DNA of 63,583 nucleotides, the filler included, from Octopus bimaculoides (lineage: Eukaryota), in assembly GCF_001194135.2 (NCBI RefSeq). It is 6 parts of 5 records of this genome, joined end to end, with 100 filler letters (N's around TTAATTAATTAA, not from the genome) between each part and the next. Parts side by side here need not be neighbours in the genome. Positions count along the whole stretch, not along the records: positions 5,770 to 24,120 come from NC_068986.1; 5 more parts are not named here. One strand, given 5' to 3'. The position numbers were made by a program, and so were the translations under genes. Below, piece by piece: positions 9,755-22,878 of this stretch (position 1 is the stretch's first letter; each line of letters begins with the position of its first letter). Under the pieces are notes generated by a model. The model was not told the origin of the DNA and searched no databases. It saw only the letters and a program-made list of their open reading frames with translations.

Positions 9755-11419
9755 GTGTGTGTTAGCCAGTGGGTGGGTGTGTACACGAATGCGTGTGCCA
9801 GTGTGTATATCGATATGCATATGTCTCTGTGTTTTGGGTGTGTATGTGCGTAATAACTCTATGTTGTGGATGTGTATGTGCGTATGTCTCAGTGTTTTGT
9901 GTGTGTGTGTTACATATTATATCATATCTCGATAGAGTGTAGACTGAGATTCCCTTTGACCGGCCGTTGATATTAAATAAATATTAGCACATCATGTAAA
10001 TATGTAGCTTCATTTCCAGGTAGTAACTGGAATTGTTGAGTATATAAATAGATTGACTGATTTATTTCTGTAAAATTGATGTTGATACCTCTGATGAGAA
10101 TCCAATAATGTTTAAAAATCGATGAAATCTCTTCTTCGCTTTTCCAATTTACGGAGTCGATCTCGGCAGAATTTAAGGTCAAAATATGATGCCGGACAAA
10201 ATGCTGCCAAGTATTGTTTCCGTCATGGCAACGATTGCGCCATGTCACTGCCTTATATTCTTTTACTATATTAATATTTCGAAATCCTAAAGACGAATAT
10301 TTTTGTCCCCACTGAATATATTTCAATGTAAATTAAATTTGAATACTTGTTTTATTTTACAGTTTGTTCACCAGAACACGTCATCGCAAATATATTGTTC
10401 TTTTATGAACCCCGCGTCAGACTCTGTTAAAAAATATTCGATATTGGATAGTTTCAATCTGGCAGCAATAAAATCATTTCAACACCATAACCTGATACCT
10501 GAAATTAGAACTATTTATATATTGCAAATGCTGGCAAAGTTCCTGATTTTATCTATCTATCTCTTTATCTATCTTTCTATCTGTCTGTATGTCTATCTAT
10601 CTATATATATAATGAAAATAACTAACAGGATGTCAATTATTAATACAGTACGACCGTTTTGAGCGGATCCATTATCTTTATTTTATTCACCTTGCTTCGG
10701 GTTGTACGGATAATACAGGGCTGACTTGGTGCCGTAACTTAAGTACCTAATTCAACTGAATCTTACTATAACTTTAAAACATTGGAAGCTGGACGTATAT
10801 TAGAAATTCTTTTATCTAGATATAAATTCTCTTATTTAGATTTGAATTTATGTATACAAGAATGTTTTATCATAAATATATATACATGTGTATAGAATTG
10901 TATATGTATGCATATTGTAAAAAGAGAGATGAATAAGTAAACTTGTGAATGTGACTATGCATGTATGTATACGTACGTGTTTGTGTATGTATATATACAT
11001 AAATTGTTGAGTGTACATGTGTATATATATAAATATATATAAACATGTATATACGAATGTGTGTATTATGAAAATAAATCGGTTATAGAACTAGATACTA
11101 ATAGAATTAAATTTAGGTATTTACATTATTTCAGATTATTTCTTTATGATTAAGTTCGTTCTCAAAAAGTGGGTTTTTATTATGCGTTAGCAGTTATACA
11201 ATTTTCAATTGCTACTTTTCGTGATCTGATGGATACTCATTATATTTAAACTGGATTTTATTATTCTTGAAAACTTGGTTTTATAAATGAAGTGGAAACA
11301 TTTGTTATTTATATAAGATGTGTCCTTCGGACGGTTTAAGTTACTTTGGTGGTATTTCTTTCACCAACTAATTGATCTACCGAGGTGTATGAGCAGCACG
11401 GCTATCTATGTTTCCGGTT

Positions 11420-11800
11420 AACCTAGGAACAGGAAACCATATTGAAGGCTGGTTATTGTGAAGGTTGTTACACTTTATTGATCATAGAACATATAAGTTT
11501 GCAAGCGATGTAACATAGAGCTACTGAAGTATTTTGGGAGTAAGATTACGGATAATGACTACAATATATAGTTGTTTGACATAAAAGTGAAATTTCTTGT
11601 CAAAATCAGCCACATAAATGGTATAAGGAAGCTGAAGGAAGAAGATGAAACTCTCCCTCTGAGAGTTTATTTTATTCAACATCAAAGGGAGCTATTATTG
11701 ATGCGTTCAAAAATGGCAATATAATACCTACTTGAGAAAATACAGTTAAAGGAATGTATTTGCTACGTGCTTACAGTTTATAGCCACTTTGAAATCGACT
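11420..11800 (+). mobile_element. Possible highly decayed CR1/L2 LINE RT C-terminal fragment
   Basis: Short motifs LGVRxTDN-like (gggagtaagattacggataat) and LEKIQ (cttgagaaaatacag) occur in the expected order, with many stops. Confidence 0.25.
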
Positions 11801-12029
11801 TCAGGTAAAGAAGAATGAAGTTTGACTTCAGTTCAAGAATATTGCTTTGAATCTTTAGCAGTTCCTAGTGAAAAGTTGTCGCATTGAAAGGCAGACAGAT
11901 AATTGTGAAGTTGTAAAGACGTAAAAGTGAGCAGGATACACTTATATATGTACTCAAAATAACCAACATGAGTCTTATTGTGAGAAGAGAGTTTACTGAG
12001 AGTTGTCCCCCTGCATAAAACGGCAGTCA

Positions 12030-13280
12030 TTAATGAGCTATCATGAAGGACTAAAAAGAATCATGTCCGCCCACAACGCACAATGAAAATGTGAGAATAA
12101 TTGCATTATATTCGAGTTTTTAGCTACTAGACCAAAGTCAGTATGTTGTCCACACCATGAGGATGTAAACTCTTGCGAACCATCCCACGCCAATCTGCAC
12201 CGTCCCACGTCGGTGTGTCGAAACAGCAGCTAAAGAGTTGACATGAAAAAACGTGTCGATGTATTGGTGAAGGAGATAGACATGTAATCAACGGTGTGGC
12301 TCCATCATCCATTTTCATCAACTTGTGGCTGGTTAAAATATCCTTGGTGCTCTCCGATAGGCATTCGGTCAGTCCTCATGATAACTTCGAAGTTGGGCAC
12401 GCCTGCATGTCGGCATTGCATAGCAGTTTTAAAGTCCCTCACATATCGGTTTAGGGGTGTTGAGCATTTCCTGAAGTTCATTTAAAAGAGGCAATTTTGT
12501 TCCAGGTATTACCTGAGCTCGGCGAGCCATTTGCTCAGTGGTATCTCGCATCAAGTAAATTTAAAGGAATCGGTGTTCAGCGTTGCTGACAGGAAGATGA
12601 TAGGTTTGGCCCTGAATTTTGAACTTTGTCATATAGGAGTCTTCATGAATGGGTTTGTGACCGAAACTTGTCATCTGGAAGGTAGAGTTATAAGTGCGAA
12701 TTTCCTGTATAAATTGCTGCAAAGGCTGAGGAGTGCTTTGCAGGCCAGACAAGCGATCCTTTCTGTTTGAGCAGCATATGCCATTGGATTCTCCAACCCA
12801 CTTGAGGGCCTTGCAAGATGGACATATTGCCGACACATCCTCCGTAATAGTCTCTCGGTGAGTGACGTAATCCCCGTTAGGATCATAGTTGAGTGCCTTT
12901 GATGCCCATCGATTTCTCGATGGCTTCCAATAACCATGGGCAAGACCCTTCCGGTGAACATTACACTGAAGTCTCATCATCCGACAGTAATCATCATCTA
13001 CCAATCTCCGGCAGAAGTGGAAGCAGCGTTGCGCGCCTGACTGATAGCACTCTCTTCTGAGGTATTTTCGGCCTTTGTGGCAGAAGTAGATGCGGCATTG
13101 TGTGCCCGACGGATAGTACTTTTGTGGGGTTTCTGCGGCCCTTTCGTCAGCAGCAGGCACTCGATAGGTTTCACACTGCTCTGGAGTAATTGCAGCTCTA
13201 GCAGCGGCAGATTTTTTCAACAGTCTACAGGACCTCTGGTCCTGAGTCTTCTTAACCTGCCAGCACTGATGCCTTGCCAC
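12030..13280 (-). mobile_element. Helitron Rep/helicase N-terminal fragment (pseudogene)
   Basis: ORF 13280..12561 contains ALNYDP..DY..H, C..CKALKW.GE..G.CC, IRTYNSTFQMTSFG and FKIQGQTYH. Downstream frames give VPNFEVIMRTDRMPIGEHQGYFNQPQVDE and TWDGAD. All are Helitron RepHel hallmarks. Confidence 0.9.
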
Positions 13281-14240
13281 TGCAGAAGACTATCGGCTAA
13301 TGCGTACGCGCTTTTTAGATGGTATGCTTGTATTGTCTGGAAAAGGAAAATGGGTTTTAGTGTACCAAGTGATCAACGATTCTATTATAAGCTAACAAAA
13401 GCTCCTTTATTATCTATTCTCACATACCCTGCGCATAAAGTAACAGCGAATGTTGCATAAAGTTAAATTGGTATGGAGGTTTCTTAAAGATAAGAATAGC
13501 TTTCGCTAGTGGAAGCAAAACTCTTATTTAAAGGTTGATTCTTTGGGACGAATCATATGTGATTGTTTAAAAAGGCCTTGGACGATAATGCTAAAACGTA
13601 TTTGAAACAATGGACAACAGTCGAAATATAATGAATGGGTAAATGAGCATCCTTAAAGTGAAATAACGCATTGGTCGGTAAACAAAGGTATTAACAAATA
13701 GAGGAGAGGAAATGGAATATCCCCTTTCAAGTAACTCAGAAAAGGTAAAGGTAAACTTACCAAAATTTAATGCAGCTTAAATATGAAGTTTAAGATTATC
13801 TGGTATTCGATATTCATCGCGTACAGTGTTCCTAGTCAATTTAATCACAGTCGCAGGTGGACAGTCGAAATAAATAGACAAAATCCTTTCACTTTTACAA
13901 TATACTCTAAGCAAAACTCAAACTATACACGCCAATACACATATAGAAAATATGGAAAGTAATAATACAGAATTACATTGATAACCACTAAAGAATATTC
14001 TGTTATTCCAATATACAACCATATAGATTAAAAAAGTATGAATGACCCTACATTCCAAAAACTATGTACATACAACGAATTTGGATAAATCTTTTAAATT
14101 ACCATAAATATTTATTTACATGAAAGAAAACTACCGCAGACATAACACGTGTTGTACCAAAAATAACAGCTACATTAGATTGTTTGGTTAAATATTTTAA
14201 ATCAACATGAACATTTATTTACACACACACACACACATAC

Positions 14241-14284
<44 letters not shown>

Positions 14285-15257
14285 NNNNNNNNNNNNNNNN
14301 NNNNNNNNNNNNNNNNNNNNNNNNNNNNNNNNNNNNNNNNNNNNNNNNNNNNNNNNNNNNNNNNNNNNNNNNNNNNNNNNNNNNNNNNNNNNNNNNNNNN
14401 NNNNNNNNNNNNNNNNNNNNNNNNNNNNNNNNNNNNNNNNNNNNNNNNNNNNNNNNNNNNNNNNNNNNNNNNNNNNNNNNNNNNNNNNNNNNNNNNNNNN
14501 NNNNNNNNNNNNNNNNNNNNNNNNNNNNNNNNNNNNNNNNNNNNNNNNNNNNNNNNNNNNNNNNNNNNNNNNNNNNNNNNNNNNNNNNNNNNNNNNNNNN
14601 NNNNNNNNNNNNNNNNNNNNNNNNNNNNNNNNNNNNNNNNNNNNNNNNNNNNNNNNNNNNNNNNNNNNNNNNNNNNNNNNNNNNNNNNNNNNNNNNNNNN
14701 NNNNNNNNNNNNNNNNNNNNNNNNNNNNNNNNNNNNNNNNNNNNNNNNNNNNNNNNNNNNNNNNNNNNNNNNNNNNNNNNNNNNNNNNNNNNNNNNNNNN
14801 NNNNNNNNNNNNNNNNNNNNNNNNNNNNNNNNNNNNNNNNNNNNNNNNNNNNNNNNNNNNNNNNNNNNNNNNNNNNNNNNNNNNNNNNNNNNNNNNNNNN
14901 NNNNNNNNNNNNNNNNNNNNNNNNNNNNNNNNNNNNNNNNNNNNNNNNNNNNNNNNNNNNNNNNNNNNNNNNNNNNNNNNNNNNNNNNNNNNNNNNNNNN
15001 NNNNNNNNNNNNNNNNNNNNNNNNNNNNNNNNNNNNNNNNNNNNNNNNNNNNNNNNNNNNNNNNNNNNNNNNNNATATCCGGTACTTTCACCTTTTACTC
15101 GTAAATACCAAATTGATTCCGAACTCTATTGTCAATAATGAGCAAAGTTTTTTTTATGAAATATTCTGCTGAAGCTTACTTTGTTGCAAGTTCCATTTAA
15201 ATTTCAATCTCCGCTGGGGGGAGATTTATTCTGCTTTCTGGGTAATTGTAGTTTATC

Positions 15258-15434
15258 AAAATTAGTGGTATTTTATCTGTCTTTACGTTCTGAGTTCAAA
15301 CTCTGCCGAGGTTGACTTTGCCTTTCATCCTTTCGGGACCGATAAATTAAGCACCAGTTGCTTACTGTAGTCGATCTAATTGACTATCCCCCTCCTCCAA
15401 AATTTCGGACCTTCTACCTAGATTAGAAAAGAAT
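15258..15434 (+). mobile_element. SINE family C, 5'-truncated
   Basis: ctttacgttctgagttcaaactctgccgaggttgactttgcctttcatcctttcgg body and tagaaaagaat tail. Confidence 0.8.
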
Positions 15435-16407
15435 GAACACATGCATCTTGAAGACGACGAATGTGATGTAGAGAATACGATCTTTGCAGAACTCCCGAGA
15501 TCTTACAATAATGAAATGAATGGCAAAGATATTGTCGGGCTTTTTCTTATAAAGGTTTAATGAATAAATAAACGGAGAGATTTGTTATTGTGTATCTGCT
15601 AACATCTACTAACAAAGGTAAGCTGGTCACGTTGCTACAGACAACGACATACTCACATGCGCGCACTCTCTCTCTCTCACTCTCTCTCGCTCACACACAC
15701 ACACACACTCGCACACACACTCACACACACTCAACACGTATACCACTTACAATATACGCGCACATACCAACACGAATGCTTATATACAGAAGAAAACAAG
15801 AGAGGCTCATGTGATTGAATGTGTCGGACCCAATACAAAAGACAGTACAACTACTGCCACAAGATCTTGTCGCCTCTCTTTGCCACTTATATTCAAAGGA
15901 TAATGTTTTATGCTTTCTGACAAGTTACGTTGTCTGTCACCCGTCTTCTTATCCTTTATGGTTTACATGCCACATTTCCATTCACTAAAAAATAATTCCC
16001 TTCAATATCAGCTGCGATACGAACTTACTGTCCCCAACTTTAGCGTTATACTTTCAGAAATATCAAACAAACACAGTTGGAATTGAATGTGAATATGCAT
16101 ATATGAATATGTGTGTGTGTGCGTGAGTGTGTTTGTGTGTGTGTGTGTGAGTGTGTGTGTTTGCTTGTGTGTGTGTGTGCATGCATAGACTAGTGTGACA
16201 GCAACGTATGGGAATTTTGCAAGGGAAAGCAATCCTAGAATATGAAGCAAGAGTTATTCCCCATGTTAATATTTCATCTCTTCTTACTTTCGCTAAGAAT
16301 GCTGGACTCCCGTGTTGATTTGGTCGATATAGTGGTTTTAGTTGTACTACAGAGATAATACTGCACGCGAATGCGCGCGCACACACACACATATACACAC
16401 ACACACA

Positions 16408-16476
<69 letters not shown>

Positions 16477-16560
16477 ATGCGCACATGCACACAGGCCCAG
16501 GCTAACACACAGTTTCCTTTTACTAAATTTACCGGTTTGCTTTTACAAGTTGCTTTTTAG

Positions 16561-16680
16561 CCAAAGCATTGCACGGGCGGACGAGGACTATAGTAGAAAC
16601 ATCTATCTAAGATTCCGCACAATGAGACTGAACCCGAAACGGCGTTGTTGCAAAGGGAGTTTCTGAACCACACACCCATT
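16561..16680 (-). mobile_element. Diverged SINE family B 5' fragment
   Basis: ctatagtagaa...actgaacccgaaac...ttctgaaccacac resembles the reverse complement of the family B head. Confidence 0.55.
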
Positions 16681-17399
16681 CTTAGAGCAACAATGTGTTA
16701 AAGCATCTGGTTTCTGAATGTAGTTTCAAAATTCACTAGATGCCATCTGCACATTTTCGTGCCAGAAATCATTACGAATTCCCGATGGAATATATTTTCC
16801 GGTGGAAGCATAAAACCTTTAATAAATTTCTCAGACGCCTACTTTCCTCTTAAACGGTTTGTAATATTGTCCTCTTCCATTCGCAACATGTGTCTCTCTA
16901 CAACAATCACTCATAGCTGCATTGAACGACTGTCTGGATGAATGCTTTTCTTTATCTCATATTCAATTACCGGACTCTATATCAAAGAAAAATTTGAAAA
17001 TGTCTAATAAAGAATAATTAAATTCAATATGTTGGTCAGATCTCTCTCCATGACACATATATACTTGAAAAGCGATCAAAGAGGTAGTCATAGCAGCTAA
17101 ATCGGCTCAAGATGGCACTGGTTGACAAGAGACCGTAGGTGGAACCCTGCAACGGTCCAGTATTAACTCAGTCCTCGCAGCCTCCACTCAACTAAAGGCG
17201 ACAAGCTAAGGGGCAACACACTGGTGACCTGGAGATATCTGCAGAAGGATTCAGAAGTTCTTGCAAAACTTCTAATATTCTCTTGAAGCTTCGACGTGAG
17301 ACAAATCGTCTCCGATATTTATTTCACTGAGGCTTTACTAAAAATGACATCGTACTAAGAGAGGGACACCAGAATTAACACTTTTCTCTGAGATAAAAT

Positions 17400-17715
17400 T
17401 AATTTATCCAATATAACTAGCACTTATCTTCTCTTTAGTATTGACTCTATATTCCAACCTTGTTACTAATCATAGTACCCGAGCCTATGTAGACATTGCT
17501 TCACCCTTCATATTTCCGACATTAGATATCGCACTCTGGCTGCTAGTCCGTAAAACCCTAGAGCTCCTCTGGTTTTTCTGAACACATATTCATCTGCAAC
17601 AATCAATGTATCTAAGCATTCTGGAGTTCACTAATGGCTTCTGTTTGTATACCAAGGTACCTGGAATATCACTCAAGTTTATCCTAGTAGCAAACTCAAT
17701 GACGACCTCTTTACA
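17400..17715 (-). mobile_element. Decayed LINE-like fragment, inverted paralog of 18155-18290
   Basis: About 125 bp at 17588-17710 aligns with the reverse complement of 18158-18285. Confidence 0.45.
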
Positions 17716-18149
17716 ACAAATTTCGATACAGCAATCCCTCTATTTGACTCAGATCACTGATACCTGCGTAAAACCACCAACTGGATAGAAGCATTTCTTC
17801 TCTGCTTAGTCAATTACGAAGCTCTATATAAAATAGCAAACACATAAAAATGCCTAATAAAGAACATACAATTCAATGCATGGCCCACATATCTTTTTAT
17901 AACACCAATATTCTTAGAATTAAATTCCAGTCTTTACAATACGTTATCTCCCAACAAACAGAGGCACATATACCTTCTTCAGGATAGATTCCATATTCCA
18001 GTTTCTTTCCTAATTGTGGTATTCTGAACTATGCAATCCGATTTACTCTTTTTTTTTTTCTTTTATCGTTTAGCGCTTGATCTCATTCTGTCATGTGTAT
18101 TTGGCAGGAATTTTTTTTTTACTGTCAGTCGCATTTTACATTTTCTAGA

Positions 18150-19720
18150 TGTCTTTAGGTCATCATTGATTTTGCTACTATGATAAACTTCAGTGATATT
18201 CCAAGTACTGAGGCATACAAACAGAAGCCATTATTGGACTCCAGAATGCTTAGAAACATTTGAATGTTGCAAATGAGTATGTGTTCAGATGTAATCAGGA
18301 GAACTACGTTGCAATTAATAGTGAAATAACATTCATCAAATTTAAATGTAAACATGAAAATACAATAAATTTTCCGTAACTTTAATGGGAACAGATGCAC
18401 AACACGTGTAAATCTAATATGTTATGTAACAGCTGGAAAAATAAACATGGAAATAGCTATATAGGATCAATAAATTATATCTCTAAAAATTTGTAACAGC
18501 AAAGTGTTGAGTATTTTCACAAACAATATTGCATTTCTGGTCAGTATTGCAATGAAGGCTCAATTTCATAACCTTAATAGATAGTATGTATTTTCTGCTT
18601 TGATATTCGAAAAGCTGAGAGTTTATATTATATTATCTGCTTTTCTTACAGCGGTTTGCAATGTAGTGTAGCTTTTATTATAACTGTTGATTTTAATTAT
18701 AACTCGCGATGTTTCTAATTAATTAAGGTTACCCTGATAGCTTTCTGACATACATCGATACCATAATGATTATTGTGTAAATCCTGTCATTTAGATTGGT
18801 ATTTCAGTTGACTTTCACGAAATCATTTCTTGGAATGCTCTGTTGTGTGTAGTTATTATTTCTCGTAGATGCCTATTTAGTAGTCCCTTGGCTTGTATCA
18901 ACTTGATCCAAATTTTGTAATGATGACATATTTTCTCTATTTTTGAAAGATTAGAGTTCAGAGCTGATGTCTGCTCGCATCAAGCTGCAGGAATTGGTGT
19001 AGAGGATGGTGGAAGCAGAATGTAAGTTACAGTGGAAATGGAAGCAGAAATATTTGGAGATGAGGTTGAGGTGAAAACAGCATTGAAGAAGAAATATCGC
19101 AAGAGAAACGCTTTTCCTTTTTCTTTTTGAACACGTGTAGGGAAATTTTCAGTGAAGGCTGGAAGCAACAGATAGGACACGAGGTGAGGTAACGTTGAAG
19201 ACAGTAGTATAGATGAAAGAGGAAAAATTTATGATGTAGACTGATACAATGTGTCATTCTATCTATCAAACAAAACCTGCTAAACAGTTAAGAAAGACAT
19301 GACTGCATTACATACATACTAAAAAGTGAGAGCAACTACATCTTCAGAATTTGAAAACAAATACTGTACAAGTACTCTGACAATACACTTCATACGACTC
19401 GAAGGAGTTTGAGTGGCCTACCTCAACACAAACATGGAGGAGAAGCAGGCACCATACCTGTTCTCTCCTTGACCTGTGATAGGTGCATTAAATCCTAGCT
19501 AGAATGATATGCTGTTGCTAACAAGGTACAAACAATAGCTACAGGATACCTATTAACCAAGAGAAACAAAGATACCTCCAAACCGCCATGTTCAGATAGA
19601 AAATGTCAGCTCTGATATATCAGTGTAGCTGACCCACAACGTCTACAAGATAATACCTTCTCCAGAATGATACAGCCACTAAGACTATTTACAACGTTTG
19701 GTACGCCAGAAGCAGCATGT
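18150..19720 (+). mobile_element. Decayed CR1/L2-type LINE
   Basis: Remnant motifs in the expected order: IQCVILSIKQN (cf. KCKVLHIG), KVQTIAT (cf. RVQRRAT), NQEKQRYL (cf. YEERL..L). Many stops and deletions. Confidence 0.45.
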
Positions 19721-19758
19721 ATTCACACCTTTATATGCAAGGAATACTGGTATAAACA

Positions 19759-20126
19759 AGTGGAGGCGCAATGGACCAGTGGTTAGGGCAGCGGACTCGC
19801 GGTCATAGGATCGCGGTTTCGATTGTGAGTGTTTATTGAGCGAAAACACCTAAAGCTCCACGAGTCTCCGGCAAGGGATAGTGGCGAACCCTGCTGTACA
19901 CTTCCACCACAACTTTCTCTCAATCTTTCTTCATGTTTCTGTTGTACCTGTAATTCAAAGGCTCAGCCTTGTCACACTGTGTCATGCTGAATATCCCCGA
20001 GAACTACGTTAAGGCTACACGTGTCTGTGGAGTGCTCAGCCACTTGCACGTTAATTTCACGAGTAGGCTGTTCCGTTGATCGGATCAACTGGAGCCCTCG
20101 ACGTCGTAAACAACGGAGTGCCAACA
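19759..20126 (+). mobile_element. SINE family A with a small deletion after the B-box
   Basis: TSD actggtataa(a/g)ca at 19746-19758 and 20127-20139. Confidence 0.9.
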
Positions 20127-20693
20127 ACTGGTATAAGCACTCCAATAAAAACAAGGAATATTCTTAAAAGACTCCAATGAATACAGCGAGTCAGAACTTC
20201 TAACGGCAAATTCACTGCAGTTTCCGCGAAGATGTTCTCGCTTATGGTAAAAGGGTATAAAATACTTCTGCCCAGTGCTTCCCCTAGCGGACACTTAGAC
20301 GTCTTTCTAGCTTCTTAGCTTTCCTCAGTAAGGGATACTGACAAGAGATAACTCCGACCAGATTATAAAGCCGTACAAATAACATAGGCGACTAAATAGA
20401 AATTCTTGCTTATGATAAAAGAGTGTAAAACTCCTTATCTGCTCAGAAATCAATACAAAGATAATAACCTTATTTTTTCTTAATGATAATGTCATTTCTG
20501 CAGTTATTGTGACCAGTGACTCAGAATAACATCACAGTCTGAAGAAATTCTGCTCGGTTTTCCTTATCTAAGCTCTGGAGTCTCGGTTCCAGGCTAAATC
20601 TTGTGCATGGTACACATAGGTCTGTCTGCCCAACCTGACAGAATCAGATTTATTTTACTTTCTTTGAAGTTCATGCACACACAAGAGATACTA

Positions 20694-20797
20694 TTCTTCT
20701 TCTTCTTCTTCTTCTTCTTCTTCTTCTTCTTCTTCTTCTTCTTCTTCTTCTCCACTTCCTTCCATTTCCTCCTCCTCCTTTTCCTCTTTCTCTTCTC

Positions 20798-20826
<29 letters not shown>
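20694..20826. repeat. (TTC)n and (TAA)n microsatellites
   Basis: Pure repeat runs visible in the sequence. Confidence 0.9.
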
Positions 20827-20829
<3 letters not shown>

Positions 20830-20888
20830 ATTTTTATCTACTTATCCCTATTGTAGCCTTTAGACTGAATAAGAATATAAGAGATTTA

Positions 20889-21407
20889 TTGACCTCTATA
20901 TCTGACTCCAAGAAAACGAACGTTGGAGTATCTGCACGCTGTACCTTAAGGAACAGCCGCAAGAGAGGTAAGCCCTGTTCATTGTGCAACAACATAAGTG
21001 AAGGGAATTCCATCAGAAATCATGACAGAAATGTTATGATTTATACAGAAGGCGGAACATGTAAAGATTCCCATTTGGAGTACGCTGCAGAATGCACGAA
21101 ACACAACTTAATTTATGTTGGTTGTTCGACAGAACAATTAAACAAAAGGTTTAATGGGCACAGATTCGATGCCAGGCACAATAACAGTAGTTCGACAGAA
21201 CTTGCTGAACATTTCGTTTCAAGCGGCTGTAATTTTGAAGAAGACTTGAAAGTGCATATTCTCAGAAAATATTCTGAATCTGCTTCACTTTCACTTGGCA
21301 GAATGTATGAGGAGAAATATGTTTGCAGGTTATTAACATCACACTCTGAAGGAATGAATAAGATGACAGGAGAATATCATCAAATTGATACAAAACTGTT
21401 TGGTTAA
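20889..21407 (+). CDS. Penelope-type GIY-YIG endonuclease ORF (172 aa; no RT detected alongside)
   Basis: CxxC motif (PCSLC), then HLEYAAECTKHNLIYVGCST, KRFNGHR, LAEHF, LKVHIL, YEEKYVCRL and EGMN. These are the GIY-YIG motifs with conserved Arg, Glu and Asn as in PLE endonucleases. The frame is stop-free. Confidence 0.85.
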   Translation: MTSISDSKKTNVGVSARCTLRNSRKRGKPCSLCNNISEGNSIRNHDRNVMIYTEGGTCKDSHLEYAAECTKHNLIYVGCSTEQLNKRFNGHRFDARHNNSSSTELAEHFVSSGCNFEEDLKVHILRKYSESASLSLGRMYEEKYVCRLLTSHSEGMNKMTGEYHQIDTKLFG

Positions 21408-21699
21408 ATATTTATACAGAAGGTGGAACATGTAAAGATGTTCATACTTTACATTATTATGAACGTTGATTGGTTGAGTATGACTGATAATAGAGTCAAT
21501 GATTTAGTTTCTAACAGAAAAACCTACTTCAATTATTTAAAGATTTGTTTAAATATTTTATTGGAACAAGTATTCTTTTTTAATTAATTCAATGACTAAC
21601 AAATTGTTTTCTTTTCTTTAGGTCTACATTTTGCTCTGTTTTATTTTACCTAAAATATCTTTGTCAAAAAGGAGAAAAGTTGATAGCGAGTGTAGATTA

Positions 21700-22420
21700 T
21701 TTCAAGAATTGTCTAAGATGTTTAGTTCGTCTTCTGTCCATGCGATAACCCCTGCACCATATCTAAGGAATGAAACCGCCTAAGTGTTCATAGCTTCAAT
21801 CTTATTCCGTCTGTTTAATTTAGACTTAAGGATCAGTCTCAGTCTGCGCAAGTACTCCACCTTAAATTTTTCTGTCATTTCTTTTCCCATCAATTTATCC
21901 ATTTCCAAAATTCTCAAGTCCTTATAGCCCGTCTCTTCTATCTGCTTCATAACCTCCCCCGACGGTATCGCTAGCCCGTCCATGCATTTAATTTTGCCTC
22001 TCTTTAAGATCGACACACCACACTTTCTCAGTCCGAACTCCATTCTGATATCAGCACTGAAAGTATACATCGTATGAACGAAGGAACTGACTTGGCATTC
22101 ATCTTTACCACAAAGTTTGTGGTCATCCATGAATAACAGTTGGTTGACATTTTTGTTGGCAGCTCTTGAATACATTCCCAGACTTTGCTTTCTTCAGAAT
22201 CAGTGTTAGTGGCACCATGAACAGTACAAAGATCAGTGGGGACGGCAATTCCCTTGCAAGATGCCGCTCCTGATTTCTATTGTCCTTAAACATCTTCCGT
22301 ATGCTGTCAGTTCCGTCCTCCACTTCGCCATACTTTTTCCAAGCAGTCGCTCAATATTCGACGCAATACCAAAAAAGTTCATACAACTCATAATTCAAGA
22401 ATGTGGGATCATACCGAATG
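21700..22420 (-). mobile_element. R4/Dong-clade non-LTR retrotransposon RT fragment
   Basis: MIPHS.IMSCMNFFGIASNIERLL..SMAKWRTELT, LPSPLIFVLFMVPL, NQLLFMDDHKL, FSADIRMEFGLRKC, GYKDLRILE and LKSKLNRRNKIEAMNT. Frameshifted. Confidence 0.85.
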
Positions 22421-22837
22421 GCTAACGACAGCCGACTAATGACATGGCTAAGTTAGTTTTCTTCTTCTTGTAGTCACCAAGTACAGTTTTGTCTACCAAA
22501 CTTTGATAACGGAAGATCGGATAACTTTCAGTCACCGAGCTACATTTGTATCATTGTGCAACACTGACTGCATACCTTTTGATTTGATGAATCATGCTCA
22601 TGCCGCCTGTTATTAGTTATGTGAAATGTAAAGTAGGAAAAGAATTGGAATAAAATTAAAGCTTTTGAAAGATGTGTCGTTAAAAAACTGACGCAGCTTG
22701 TATACACACACACACACACANNNNNNNNNNNNNNNNNNNNNNNNNNNNNNNNNNNNNNNNNNNNNNNNNNNNNNNNNNNNNNNNNNNNNNNNNNNNNNNN
22801 NNNNNNNNNNNNNNNNNNNNNNNNNNNNNNNNNNNNN

Positions 22838-22878
<41 letters not shown>

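Noticed and set aside
10590-10860. Possible non-autonomous Helitron 5' end (tctatatatataatg...)
   Set aside because: No convincing 3' hairpin plus CTRR end was found, and the start is indistinguishable from the adjacent (TCTA)n.
15137-15150. Partial matches to conserved miRNAs (tgagcaaagttt here; atggcactggt near 17112)
   Set aside because: Only 11-12 nt match my recollection of the mature sequences, and there is no flanking hairpin.
16025-16065. Possible 22-nt micro-exon on the minus strand (aag|...gaca|gtaagt)
   Set aside because: The acceptor is weak and there is no supporting neighbour exon; such motifs are expected by chance.
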